From assembly GCA_000934665.2 (NCBI GenBank), contig JYFJ02002076.1, forward strand, positions 1 to 63,486: a stretch of 63,486 bases of DNA, read 5' to 3'. The translations under genes and the position numbers were made by a program. The stretch is from Catajapyx aquilonaris (lineage: Eukaryota). Shown in pieces: positions 14,419 to 28,038 of this stretch (positions are counted from its first letter, which is position 1; the number at the start of each line of letters is the position of its first letter). The notes beneath the pieces are model-generated. The model was not told the origin of the DNA. It made no database searches and was given only the letters and a program-made list of their open reading frames with translations.

Positions 14419-16945
14419 CTGAAATATCATTGAAAACATGGTTCAATAAATGTGACACTGGCCCTGTGTAACAAGTAACAACACATTCATAGTATATTGC
14501 CCTCCACAATTACATTACATCATCACGTACTGACGTTCCTATTGTGTAAAAAAAGTCAGGCCGAAACCGACGTCTTCAAGAATAATAGTCGGCCAAAAAT
14601 AGGGAGGAATTAGACACGCGAGCACGAATTTCAAACTACCATTTTTTCCCCCCACTCCTCCGTGGCCCCGAATTAACACGCTACTTGTATCCGCCGGATC
14701 ACAGAACAAACGAAGGACCATCCCAAAATAGTGGCTTCGTCGAATTTACTGTGCTCTCGATACGGCTCGGATGCGAAAATTGATCGGGTGGCCCAAAAAT
14801 TGCTGAACTTCACCCACTCAATCTTCTAACCCTGCAGCTATATATGTACTATATCAATAAAAAAAGATGGATACGATTTTACATTTGGTTTCATATTCTT
14901 CCAACTCTCTACCTGCCACCCATAATACCACATATTGCCAGGGAATGGTTCCAATCCGATATCTGAATCCGGTTTCCGAAGAATGTTCGCGGGTGAAAAC
15001 ATACCCTTTGGCTTTGCTCCGGGAGTTATAAGCAATTAAATATTTGTAACTATCAAGGTAAGACAAGCGTCCCGTGTGAAGGTCGCCTGACAAGACAACC
15101 ATCGATATATGGGTGGGTTTAGGGCGGACAGTCCCATTATTGGTTTTATGGCGAGATCGAATGTGAGCGATCCTGCTCTCTTTATTTTATATTACATTTT
15201 TTTTCTCGTTATATAGTTTAGTCATTAACACTGCACCAAAAATATTACATACTTTACTTGCTTAGAAATCAGTAATTTACTACACTAAATAAAATTATTG
15301 ACTGGACATTCCAAATGGGGAACAATCTATTCATGCAATCTTCAATTTTGTATTAGTTTAATACCTGTGCGCACAGGCCCGAGTTCTTACTTCGACGCAT
15401 GTACTGAGCCTTATCTTTTCCCAGGATTGACAATTCCATTTTATGAATTTACAAAATTGCATTACATTAATTGCACACGAGGGATATGTTCAAAAGCCAC
15501 ATTTCGTTTCGCGACTCATTCTCAGTTCAAATAGTTTTAAAATGTATAAATATAATTCACATTTACAGGACTTAGGACCTACAACAACAAATGTTGCATG
15601 CAAGGAGGTTATCGCGTCGTCTTTTCTTCAGGTACTGTACTACCCTTGATAATGTACAGTATGACAGAGCAAATACCTAATTACATCGTGTAAGCTCCCT
15701 AACAAGGTGCACACTGACTAGTGTAACATCGTGCAGCACAATATAAACAATAGATTCTGTTATGTGACCAAGTTTATGTTGTGCCTACAATTACTCTTAG
15801 AGATAACCATCTTGGGTTAGCCATTTTTAATTTCCAGCGGACGATTAACAGTTACGCAAATGAGACACTCTCGTAAATTCCTTTTCTAATGAATTTGAAG
15901 TGAGGTAATATGACCTTCAGACACCGGTGCATGTCGAGGAGGATAACGGGAACCAGAACTAATGATCGAATTTCCGGAAACCCAGAGACGTATGAATTGG
16001 CATGCCGTAAAAATTAACGGCACGCAAAAAACAATTACGAAAAAAACCCACACATATACACATGGATGTCATGGACGACAGTCTGATGTTTTCACCCGCA
16101 CGTGTGAATCCGCGAGAAAACGACGCGAGGTACCCAAATGTGAAATACAATGGTACACTCAGGCTCCGGTGGTTTTTTTTACACAATTTTTTGGCGTAGG
16201 TCACGTAGTACTGTACCAAGACAAGCCGCGCATATTAAAACTTTAAAAATATGCTCCGGCTGATGGTTACACATACCGGATGATACCTAATTAGTTTCGC
16301 ACACCTAAATATTTATCTTCTTTTTCCCAAAAGAAATGTATAATCTATATTACTTTTTTTAAAAACTTACAAGGTTACGTTAAACAAAGGTATAGCTGCT
16401 GTGTATACCTTACACTACAAAGTCGCCAACTGCAATATTGCACGCTGCAGACAAAGTCGTCATTGGACATCTCGCGAAATTTCCCGACACTTCGTGAATT
16501 GCAGACACAGTGACTGCTGCATTTCCCCTTTGATGCGACCACTGCATTTTGCGAGAGGTCTTCAGTTTTCGCAAAATCCCCAATTACAGGAAGTGTCAAC
16601 CAGACACATACAAAAAAACAAAAAAAAAACAATTTCCGCTCAAGTACCTTGCACTCTCCTAGGTTAGATTGGAACCTTCATCCTCACAATTTCGCGGCCT
16701 CTTGTTACCCAAACCTTGGTAAACGCGAAGCCAAAATGTATCCAACATTGTAACGCCATTCGTGTGTGCCGGTACCTAACCACACACGTTGTCCTTTTAT
16801 CTGCCACCCCAGTCTTCTTTGAAACAACGTTTTTTTTTTGTTCTCTTCCGAGGCAATCACATGTACAAAGATGACCCTTTTTTGTCCACATGGTGGTTAC
16901 AGTAGTCGAGGGGAGGCAGGTGAATGACACTGGTTTGCATTATAC

Positions 16946-17110
16946 CTTGAGCGAGAGGATCAGTTTGATGACCTCAGACACTTGGTCCTGGCACTGGGCT
17001 CGGTTCGCCTCCACTCGTTCCCGAAGACATTGGTCCTCAGCCTGCACGCTGCCCAGCTGTTGCAGGGCCTGGGTAAAGGCGGCCTTCATCTCAGTCACTG
17101 CTTCTTGAAG
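16946..17110 (-). CDS. ARHGEF33: ARHGEF33-like protein, exon 2 (coiled coil)
   Basis: TTGCAG acceptor and GTATAA donor, phase 0/0. LQEAVTEMKAAFTQALQQLGSVQAEDQCLRERVEANRAQCQDQVSEVIKLILSLK resembles the recalled N-terminal coiled coil of vertebrate ARHGEF33 (LQALASELKTGFTEAMQELSRIQ...). Confidence 0.8.
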
Positions 17111-19077
17111 CTGCAAAGAAAAACATCCATGCAATTGAGTCTCATTACATAGTGTCACCAGAGACAAATCTGCGGGAAATTTGTTTAGTGACAAGGATGT
17201 TTTGTCAATGCCGAAGAGAGACTCCGCGACATCGGAACTATTGTTAGCTGTGCCCACCTATATCCACAGCTGTTGGCATTTGGCCTGATATCCTAATCAG
17301 TTTATTGGTAATATTGCAGGATGTTGCTACAGTTAGGAGAAATCCGATGATTTCTTCACTAGCTAGGTTTTTACTTTTGTTTCGAACTCACCCCAGTGGG
17401 CGTGATGGTGAGAAAATAGAGCGCGTAAAAATTACGGGCGAAAATAGAGCGATAACTGTTTATTGAATGTTACACATAAATACACTGGGATGTAACGGAG
17501 ACCTCTCGTTTTCGCTGTGTATCATCCAATCTGCCTACCACAATTAGGCGCTCTACTTGGGTCCCTTATGCTGAAAGTGCCCTCTTCCCCATTTCGCCCC
17601 CACGGACATAATAATTCCTTTATTCCTGAGTCAGAAATTAATATGAATCAAATTGAATCCAATGAATAAATTGGGTGAATACCATTAAGAACCTATTTGA
17701 TGCAATCCGAAATAGGACAAATCATTAGAGGTTTCCTTCACCATTTCCACATCCAACAATACTCCTAATTTTGTCCAATTTATGAACTAGATTGGACCGA
17801 TTCAAACGTAATGAATTTCTTCCTCCCATTATACTGCCCAACCATGTTACGCACCTACGGATAGTCTACCTCAACTTCCTCAACCCCCATTGTAATAAAT
17901 TTTACCCCCAGTTCCTGCAATTCTCCAGTGTCCGGGTTGAAGGTTCTTGCAAAATCGAGCGATGCGAAACATCAAGGAAGTAGATGCTCCTACAATAGAT
18001 GGAAAGCCTCCCCTTCTTCCCTCCAAAGAAAAACATCTTCAGGGAGCTATTGGAAAGTCAACAGAATGAAGGTCGCCCGGTTGTTACGAATTCAAATAGG
18101 TTTCCTCTCATATTTTTCTTTTCCTAGAGAAATGAAACAGAGGAAGTCATTCATGTGGCGCAGTCACGAAGCCATGATAGCCTGTTTCAACTTGGCGGCA
18201 CGGAATGGTGTAGGCGTTACTTGTTCCTCCGCAATTGAAGCTTGGAGGACTATTGTCATTTTAATCGTTTCACTCTCCCAGACAAAAACAGACACGCCTA
18301 CACAGGAACATTTGGAAGTGAATTATGACTCGTGGGCGTTATATTTTGTTGCAGGATTTTTTGGGCATCAAACAGCAGGATTTGTGGTTAATGAATCCAT
18401 ATATATAGGGTTAGGAGAAAACGAATCATGCAACACCGGCAAAAGTGTGTTAAAGAGTCCGTGGTATGTTGAGGTATGTCGATACGGTCACAATTACAGT
18501 GTCATTAGCAGTACGGTATATATTACAGTATGCTGACCTTTTTAATGGATATTTCCTTCGTGAAGCCAAATGGAAATATCGTAACAGTTTTTTTTGTTTT
18601 TGTTTTTACAAGTCATCCTCCTCGCGGAGGTCAATTACTTCAAGTGTAAATTATTTCAAACGGCGGAAGAAAGTACTGTATAGTTCATTAGCCCACGCAC
18701 CAACAGTCCATATTAATAACTGAAGAAAAGGTAGCTTTGTCATGTAAATATCTCATAAGGAAAAATAATGTACCCTCATTCCCGAGATAATAATTATCTA
18801 AAATCTAAATGAATCCCGAATTGCGATTGTGAATGGGAAAGTGACACGCTCAGGAATACAAGTTACGACTTCTCTTACAAGCAACCCTATCAAAATCAGG
18901 TGCAACACTTATCGAGAACTGTAATGAAGTTTGATAAGTCTTAGAGATAGGCCAATTTAGGTCCTATCTTTGGTGACGCTATATAGTCGTGATTACATGC
19001 CATAACGTGCGGACACGATCTACAGTGCACAGTATACACTAAAATCTAACGAATATACGATAATTATTACACTACTA

Positions 19078-19237
19078 CAGTAGACTCCGGTTATAACAGA
19101 CTTCAAGGGACCGAGGAAATCAGTCTGTTATAGCCATATACACAAGCCATATATGGAAGTATGGCGGGACCAGCCTTTCCAGTCTGCTATAACCGAGAAT
19201 CTGTTATAGCCGAGGCTGTTATATCCGGAGTCAACTG
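19078..19237. mobile_element. pogo/Tigger-type MITE
   Basis: TIRs CAGTAGACTCCGGTTATAAC / GTTATATCCGGAGTCAACTG with TA on both flanks. Confidence 0.8.
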
Positions 19238-21741
19238 TATAACGATCTGGTGAAGGTAAAATACTAAGGACCTTGTCTGCCGCTGTATAAAATCGGTGTC
19301 AATATCCGCATCAGCCCAGTATCGTTCTCAATGTCTGGCGAAAGTCAGAATGCATAATGAATGTCGCATCAAACACTTGGAAGTCGCTGAATAGATGCCA
19401 CTTACAATGAATAAGAAATATTATTCCAACTGTCATAAGTATAACACATAAGCTACAGTACAAGAGGATCAGATTTCAATGTAAATCAGGGAACCAGGGC
19501 GGAACTATAGAACCTAGAACCTCGTTGAAAGTCACCAAGTTGAGCTCGCGTGGGGGAACTGAAGCCTGCGGCACAGACTCATGAGAGACATTAAGATCCA
19601 AGAATATTTGCAATTTAAACTGAACTATAATGTTTCAATGATTTTGTTCCTGGCTATACCGGTTCTATAGTTCTGAAATGAGGCTAAAGGGTAGACCCTA
19701 CCCTTGATAAGGGCAATTTTGCTCTATTTTGGTTCTAGTGCTGACAGTTAGAAGGCTAGCAGCTAAAATTAATTTTGAACCTTATCTGGACGATTTTGTG
19801 ACAAGGTCCTTTTAAATTTTCGTCCTCCATCAACACATGCAGAGATATATTTTTTGTGTGACACATAACCATGACTGTATAAGTCACACCACTTTCCTGA
19901 CAAGTAGACCTGAAGTGGTACTGAACTACCCCCCACTAGGACCATTCGCAACGACATTTTCACGTCAACTGTTACTGAACTGTTGGGCGAAAATGAAAGT
20001 GGTCATAATATTTCAAACGATTTCCGAGGCCTTCTCCCAGCATATATGGCCCATACATCAGCAATCTTTCAAGACCTGAGAGATTCCTATCCTACATCTG
20101 ACATTACCCCCAAGATCCCTATAGAAAATCGGCTTGACACCCGGTTAGTCACTGGTCAACACAACTAGATTAGCAAAGTCACGCGCTAGTCGTGAACCCG
20201 AAGAAAAAAAAAATCGTCCGTTACCCAGTTACATCCGTTACGTTACTCCCCTGTACTTGCAACCTGAATTTTATTCCTCCCCATATCCACCGTACCCAAG
20301 GCAAGACATGCGCAAAATGACTACCTTGCACGAAATTCTCCCCGGGGACTTGACCACGAACTGGACCGCCTACCAGGCCAACTGGCCCCCTTGCCCACGC
20401 CACCAAACTAAACTATTCCACCAGTCATCTAGGCCACTACTTTTCATGTGGTACTGTATCTGTATACGAGGATGAGCCGACAATCAAGTGACATTTCCTC
20501 CCACTTACGCAACTTATGGAATGCCCGGAATTTTCGTGAACCCCCATTTACCTTGCATGACTACGCTTACTATGTGCTCTTCACGAATTGGGGGGGNGGG
20601 GGGCATTCCTTCGGCTACTCCCTCCAGTCCCCTACCGTCTCTCCCTATACCTAAACCACGGCCAATTCAATTCCAAAAACTTTTCCCTCTGGATTCAAGG
20701 CCATCACGGGAAATTGCCTTTGACCAGTCCCCATTCCTGATCAATATGGGTTCGGAAAATCTTCTGCTAGGGAATTGGCCCGGAGTTTTTGGGGAGAAAT
20801 TGAGAGCATTTACAGGATGGCACACTGGCGGACCCCAAATTGCAGGTCTTTTGTGGCGGCTGGCGGGCATGGCATACCATGGCCATGCACATTTTCTCGT
20901 GCAAGGTTGATCGACCTTTATCCAATATGCTGGCGTGTGGTCATCGGTGACGGGTGAACTCTCCGCCGTTGGTTATTAATACAGAGTATTGACTGGCTCG
21001 GAAAAATGCACAGTGTGTTCCTATTCAGTATTGAAATTAGTGGTTAGCCATTTTTTGCCACTATGGTGCTCATTTTTAAGCAGTTTCTCTTAATAGTTAT
21101 CAAAAAATCAGCTTGCGTGGATTAATTATCACCTAAAAGAAAATCCCCGATTAGCATCATCACATCCAAATACATTACACAGGATAGGTTAATGTTGGGT
21201 TAATATAGCTCATCCCCATATATTTTGGAGATTTGCTGGTCGGTGTGTCCGGACCTGCGCTTCGTCTGCCATGTGAACCACCTGCCCGCCGGCCCTTCAA
21301 ACTGATGACAGTATCCAACATACTATTCTTGTCATGATTTCGTGCTTCGATGCGGTTGAAGCTTAGCCCAAGTACTCTCATTCTGATTGTGAAACGGAAC
21401 TCACTGCATACTTGCATATCACTGTGGGCACTCTATGACAGAAATGACACGAAACGGTCTAGTGATAAGCCATACTGCATTGATATCAATCTCAACACGT
21501 CAAATAAATCATATCAAAGAAATTTATCGTAAGTAGTGACTAGTGTCGCTGCACATTTCTTAACGGTTTTTGTATAGCCTACTCACATACATCAAAATAT
21601 TATACTGCATATACTATAATAGGCAAAGTTTGTCGTTTGGCCAATTTCCCTCCCCCACTACCGCACAGTGGCCGGGATCGAGGTAAAGCACGGACATAAT
21701 TGCAAAAGAAGCAATGACATTAATATCTCGACAAAAACCAG

Positions 21742-22090
21742 TATTCTGGGGCATTCCTATCGCTGATTTCGAATCTGTTGTCAGAATTTCAAAATTCAAT
21801 ATGGAGGATCCAATATGGCGGACAGGTTAAACTAAAACTGTCAATTTATATACCCAAATTGGGATTCTGGGGTATTCCTAGTCGCTGATTTCGAATCTGT
21901 TGTCAGAATTTCAAAATTCATTATGAAGGATCCAATATGGCGGACAGGTTAAACTAAAACTTTAAATTTATATACCCAAATGGGGGTTCTGGGGTATTCC
22001 TAGTCGCTGAATTCGAATTCTTTGTTGTAAATTCGAAGATAAATATGGCGGATACAATATGACCGACAGGATAACCAAAAACTGTTCACT
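21742..22090. repeat. About 3 copies of a 122-bp tandem repeat, probably subterminal repeats of a DNA transposon
   Basis: CGCTGA(T/A)TTCGAAT recurs at about 21761, 21883 and 22005 (period 122). Units carry CAATATGGCGGAC-like motifs. Confidence 0.8.
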
Positions 22091-23868
22091 TTAAATTCAA
22101 CATCGCTTAATAATGAGACCTATTTCAGACACTACATTTTAAAGTTTTTAAAATGTAATATGCTGTACCGTTTCTGAACAGCAATTATGTTGAAGAGCCA
22201 GTCAGGTTCAAAATGACAAAGTTGTTTTAAAATTTGCTTTCATAGTTACGATAAAAATCAGGATCTGCATAAATAATTTTGAAGATCTCCCAATAATAAT
22301 AATCAGCATTACTTCCAATACTTCGACCAGCAGGTTTTTACTGAAGGAATGTTTCCAAATGTTTCTCTATTTTCACAGCTACAGGTTGTCAATACCACAT
22401 TTTAAAATGGTGGCTGTAATTCCAGGTCTGAGTGACTTTGATTGCTCTCTGCCGATTGGAAACGAGCGAGATGTACAAATAATTCCAGGAAATTACTTCG
22501 CTTCGTCCCATGTGAACTACCAATAAGCCCGTAAAACCTTGGTGAACCATATATTTGAGAAAATGATGATTGTGAAAGAAATGCGAAAATGTTGCTCCAA
22601 GCACCTATTATCTGCATGCAAAAGCACTCCATCGCCAATGGCCAGGGAAAATATTACGCCCCGAACTTTAAACTTCACCACTCTCACAGTATAGGGCGTG
22701 GTGAACATTGTTTGCCACTATTAGTGCATTCCTGTATATTGTACGTGTCGACTCTCTATCTCAATAGTCATTACCATCCTGCTCCTCTTCAAAATAAACA
22801 CCCAAGTGAGTGCATGCCTCAATAAATATTGAGACATGCACTCACTTGGCTTAGGTCAATGTTCAATGAATTTTTATAAAAAGTCTCCTGTTCTTAAGAA
22901 TGGTGGAAAAAATGGAGATACAAGACATTAAATACCTCATTAGTCTTCAAAATCGTGACTCACAAGATGTACTGTAATTTCCGGTAAACAATTCACTGAA
23001 ACTCTGATTTCATCATCCAATTCAAGGTCTTTACACGTGCATACACTAGTTTTAGTAATTTTATTGTCAACAATTTTTTTTTATTTGTGAGACAAACAAT
23101 TTCAATTTTACACTCTCTATTGTCTTAACCAAGCTAGGTCAGCACGCTACCCAGAAGCCAAACCCACGCACATTATGAAACATAATGAAATCGAACATCA
23201 AATACCCCTCCCCATAACGCCTGCGGCCTATCTGCCTACCAATTAAGTAGATCAGTAAAACACTCATATAAGTTATGTCCAATGACTCATTCGCCCAGAA
23301 GCCCGCAATATTTCCTCCAGATGCTCCTGAACATGCCTTGGACCATTGTTTCGCAACCAACAGCTGCATGGTCCAATTGCCAACAACAAGTCACCTGCAT
23401 CAGGTGACATTTCCGTCTTTTATAATTTATCGTATCACCAACCAGAACACCCAAAGGTGGCCTTCTTCCTCCCCATTTTTTATGCCGTACCCAATCAGAT
23501 TAGACATACTAGTATATACAAGGTGCCGAGCAATTCCTACAGGAAAAGACCCACCCAAGGTAAACAGCATGTGCACAATTCCCACGCCTTACAAAACAAG
23601 AACGAAGTCAAGTGCGACCAATTCATAAGTTCTCCTCCCACTTCATTTGGGTCCCTCATCTAATGTGAGGAAACAGAAATAATTATCAGAGCAGTGATGA
23701 TTTTCTCACTCGAGCTCTACTTGCCACGCACCCGTTTCGTCCCATTTCTTATACACCTCTCCCGTATACGAAAGTGTGTTAGCCTAATGGATTAACTCAC
23801 ACCTAATACACACACGTGTGACCCTCATACGTGCTATTAATTGGGCCCTCACCTGGAAGTCCGCTCCC

Positions 23869-23938
<70 letters not shown>
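23869..23938. repeat. (TAA)n microsatellite
   Basis: Pure trinucleotide run. Confidence 0.97.
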
Positions 23939-25923
23939 TCATTAGAAATGTCTCCTTCGGATGTAAGTGACAATAAATCTGAGAGCACTCTTTGGTATGA
24001 AGAAGACAGTAAGCATATGATCATTACATCCGCCTTGAAATGCCGTTATACGCTGTGGAGTTGGTCTCAGAGCTTGCGCAATCTAATTTCCGCACTTCCT
24101 GCAGGACGTAGCAATCATGGTAGAGTATAATAATTACGGGCCGTGTTTTACATCTCTTTGTGCACATGGTCCGTATAGTTTTTTTTGTCAGATTAAAATG
24201 TACCGTCCACACTAGTTGACGTGGTTGACTGGTCTAAATCCGATCATGTATTTGTGAGAGCCAGTTGAGGTTGGCGAATCACTTCCTGCCACTTATCTAT
24301 GCCAATTGAGTCTTAATGAAAGGACTTTCTGGAGACCTCCGATGTGCCTAATCTCAGATTATATATGCATAAAAAAGACTGTACTGTACAAGCATCCTGT
24401 GACTACCATGACATCATCAGTCAAATAAAAACTGGACTCTAAAACACATCACACAAACAGTATCACCATAAATTGTACGTCCAGTGCAGTAATTCTTTGA
24501 CCTATTATATTAACAAAATATTCTACATGTTATCAAAGACGAAGATGTGTTTTAAAACTCAACTTCGACGGCAACATTCGACCAATGTACAACAAGATAT
24601 CCCTAATGCATACTTTCCAGGTAACAGATGGCTGGCAATAATGTGCAAAGTTCACAGGGCATGCTCTGATAGTCCTTCTACGCAGCCCTGTCTGATAACA
24701 CGTGCTTGTATATCAAAAATACGGAGGGTTCCGTCGATCACCTCACGCCCTCGCGATATCCAGCAAACCATGACTTTTCTTCGTTTTCTTTGCAAACTTT
24801 AAAAATATCTCTCTTGGCGTCGATTGAACACAACAAATCATCTTTCCTCTCCACTGTCAAATTTCTCCATTATGATAGCCAATGGTCACCGATGGAAAGT
24901 CTATTACTTTGAAATATGAAGCTCAATAACCATCAGGTCCTTTCATCGAGTCATTGCTCCAGTTCCCAAGCTTTCAGATTTAATCGTTGCCAATGCACCT
25001 CCGTCAAAGGGAGAGGGCGAGAGAGAAAATGATAAAAAATTTATACCAAACCCAGGTCAGTTCAAGGCCTGTCCACTGACACTTTATCAAGGCATAATTT
25101 GGAAGTGAAGGGAAAGTTGCATATTAAGAGAAAGGATCCATGAAGGTTGGAAACTTGCATATCCTGTGGTAGTAAAAATCAACTCCTGACCATCCATGTG
25201 GCTATTGACATGTGAAAGTTAGAATTGATGACGTTTAAGAGGAAACCCCCTGCTGCAACACCTCATCTGCCCGTGGCCTCCATTAATTTCATTTTATTAG
25301 AGCGTTGTCTTTCAGGATACAGCAAGAGAGTGAAAATGTATAAATAAAAACAAAACAACGGATACACGGAGTCTTCACCTGTGGGCTGCAGCCATTGTTC
25401 TTGTGGCTTTTGCTAATTCATGTGAAAATTGCATGACAACATAAAGACCTACTTGTAAGAATAAGGTGAACCAGGGATTACATACTGGTTCACAGTATGT
25501 CATATTTTACAACCTGAGGGTCTTGTGCTCAGCATCTTCCAATTCTGAACTTTCACTCCTACAATATTGTAATTTTAACTGTGCTTCGAGACCCAGGCCT
25601 ATACAAAAATAAGGACTTGCAGCATGTCTACATCCAATGCATTCATTCTAAACTAGTAGGCATGGTAGTGTCCATTGGTACAGCGTACATAATTACTCAC
25701 AAATAATTTTTATGCAAGCTAAAACCCAATGCAAATACCTAACACCACACATGTAAGATCATATTATACTGTATATCAAATACAAACCCAAAGAATATGT
25801 AGTAGAAGCATGTGATTTAGATCATCTTCATTATACTTCATAAAATTTAATAATAAAACTAACCACATAGTTTGCACAATATTTTTCATATTCCAGAATA
25901 CCTAAAAAATTCCATGGCGTTCT

Positions 25924-25924
<1 letters not shown>

Positions 25925-25991
<67 letters not shown>
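25925..25991. repeat. (TAA)n microsatellite
   Basis: Pure trinucleotide run. Confidence 0.97.
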
Positions 25992-26466
25992 CCAAAGAGG
26001 TCATCAGGTGTACACAACATGGAATTGTATTATCAACTTCATTTAAATTCCATTCGCAGATATGCAAGACACCTGGTATAGCAAATAAATAATCTAATCG
26101 CGTTTCACATGAAAATCTTCCGCCAAATCTGTGAATCCACCTGTGGCCTCAAAATCAAGTGGCCAGGGTGACCCCTAAAATTTTCACCTAGCTTGCACAT
26201 CATAGCAACACTTGCATGCACCTAATTTGCATCTTCACCTCCCCTGTCAATAACTGCAAGGTCCAATAGATAAACATCCATGCATGCCAGTCCAGACAAA
26301 AATTAAATATTTATCGAAATCACTATAGAAACATTACACTAGACAGGTATTTTAATCTGACTTCTCAGACACATGCATTTTCCCTGTGACAGTTCTCGGT
26401 GGTGAATGCACTGATATAATGCAAAGACCACAAAAGGCCCATCCGTTGTATTATTGTTACTTCCTT

Positions 26467-26581
26467 CTAGTCTGGTCAACCTGGGTAAGTGACCCACTGG
26501 GTAAATGGCAACATATAAAATACTAATTAAGTAAACAACCAGTTACCCAAGTGGATAAGCTACCCAGGGTGACCATACTAG
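26467..26581. repeat. Short imperfect inverted repeat, probable MITE remnant
   Basis: CTAGTCTGGTCAACCTGGGTA ... TACCCAGGGTGACCATACTAG. Confidence 0.6.
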
Positions 26582-26699
26582 GGGCCTATGTCCCAACAAT
26601 CTAGAGACAGCATCCATATCCACCATACAGCCCATGCAGAAAATCTCATATCAAAACGTGCAAACCGGCCCCAATATCGAACTGAAACAGTCTGCTCAC

Positions 26700-26792
26700 C
26701 TCATTGATCTGCTCCAAAAGTTGCACCTTGCTCTGCCCGTCCCCCTCAAGGTTCTCCAACGACATGTCACCACCGCTGGCACAGGTAGCCAT
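26700..26792 (-). CDS. ARHGEF33: ARHGEF33-like protein, first coding exon
   Basis: ATG at 26792 with an in-frame stop just upstream; a second in-frame ATG lies at 26765. MATCASGGDMSLENLEGDGQSKVQLLEQINE then a GTGAGC donor, phase 0. Joins exon 2 as QINE-LQEAV, matching recalled ARHGEF33 QIYQ-LQALA. Confidence 0.75.
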
Positions 26793-27456
26793 CCTTTAGC
26801 AATTGCCCATCAAACTGTACTGGCAGTGGACACGGACCGCAACGGCTTGGCACCAAATCCCCGAAATCAAGTCCACTTAAAAAATACTTGACAAATAAAT
26901 AAACCCCGACCCCGCATGTACGGACAGCTGATGTCAGGCCATCTATTTTTCCCGTCAAGAAGAGCTACAAGTCCCAACAGCAGGTTGCATCGACACTGCC
27001 AACGAGAGCCCACCTGCCCTCTGCTCTGGAGGCCAGCCAGCCGTCAAGAGTTTGTTTTGTTCGGGGAGCTGAAGTGGGTGTTTAGAGCCATCTGGTGGGA
27101 GCACCTGTTTACAATTGATTCATTCCATTAATTAATTAAAAATAACTGTTGATATTGTATGTGATTAGTTGACTCGATTTTAATCAAATTTGTTTAGAAT
27201 GTAGCATAAATTGCAAAAATGCCTATATCAAATATGGTGTCATTTAAGCCGTAATGTTTAAGGTCTATGGATGCTGTCCGTTGATGCTGTCAGAGGAGCA
27301 ATAGCCTCACCATCTGTCGGGTTTCTTCCACACTTGCGGAATGTCACAGGGATGATGGAGATCACGTATTGGACATTTGAACCGCATGGCTGGTGCTAAT
27401 CTGATGATCGGCAGGACAGATTATCTCGGGGCCGAGATCACGGATGTCTGGTGGAT
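26793..27456. promoter_or_regulatory. Probable bidirectional promoter and 5'UTR region between ARHGEF33-like and seipin
   Basis: The divergent start codons are only about 665 bp apart. No transcription start site is directly visible. Confidence 0.5.
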
Positions 27457-27671
27457 ATGACTGTCTTTTACTTCTTGGGGAAGATCATGAAGGCGTATCG
27501 CACCAGGACCACCACTGTCATCTGGTCAATGAAGGATGTCATGTACAAACTCATAGTGTTGTTGCTTGTTGGCACTGTGGTTATCTGGTTGTCCATCTTC
27601 CTGTATGCCACCTTCTACTATAGCTACATGCCAGCCGTGTCGCATGTACGGCCGGTGCACCTGCAGTTCAG
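27457..27671 (+). CDS. BSCL2: Seipin, exon 1 (TM1)
   Basis: MTVFYF...[30 protein letters not shown] matches the seipin motif [27 protein letters not shown] donor, phase 2. Confidence 0.93.
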
Positions 27672-27727
27672 GTGAGTGGCACGGGGTGTAATCATCTTTG
27701 TTGTCAGCTAACACTGGTCAATTTCAG

Positions 27728-27873
27728 ATCGTGCGGTAAGAACAAAGGCATTTGCAGCTTTCCGGCCGCAGTGGTGACGCTGACTAAAAAGCAGCAGCTC
27801 CTGATGGTCGGGCAGTCATACAAAATTACACTGGAGGTGGAGATGCCTGAATCACCAGCAAATGAGAAACTAG
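27728..27873 (+). CDS. BSCL2: Seipin, exon 2
   Basis: Follows a 56-nt intron ending TTTCAG. SCGKNKGICSFPAAVVTLTKKQQLLMVGQSYKITLEVEMPESPANEKL contains the seipin CSFP and PESP motifs. GTGAGA donor. Confidence 0.95.
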
Positions 27874-28038
27874 GTGAGATTGCCATAACACCATTCAGGT
27901 ATTTTGCTACATTTGAATAGAAGTGAATCAATTTCTATAATAAATTAAGAGGCCTTTAGCCAAAGAACATGTACAGATTGTGTAGTCTTATGTCAGAGAA
28001 ATAAAATACTGTAAGCTTACAGTAAAAGAAGATTTTAA

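Noticed and set aside
17928..18536. 202-aa ORF
   Set aside because: No recognisable motif, non-ATG start, and antisense within an intron.
21742..22090. CRISPR-like array (also considered for 52070-52435 and the X-box arrays)
   Set aside because: Whole units repeat with no unique spacers, there are no cas genes, and the context is eukaryotic.
23803..24130. Poly-Asn and poly-Leu ORFs (also 25872-26081)
   Set aside because: They are translations of (TAA)n microsatellites.
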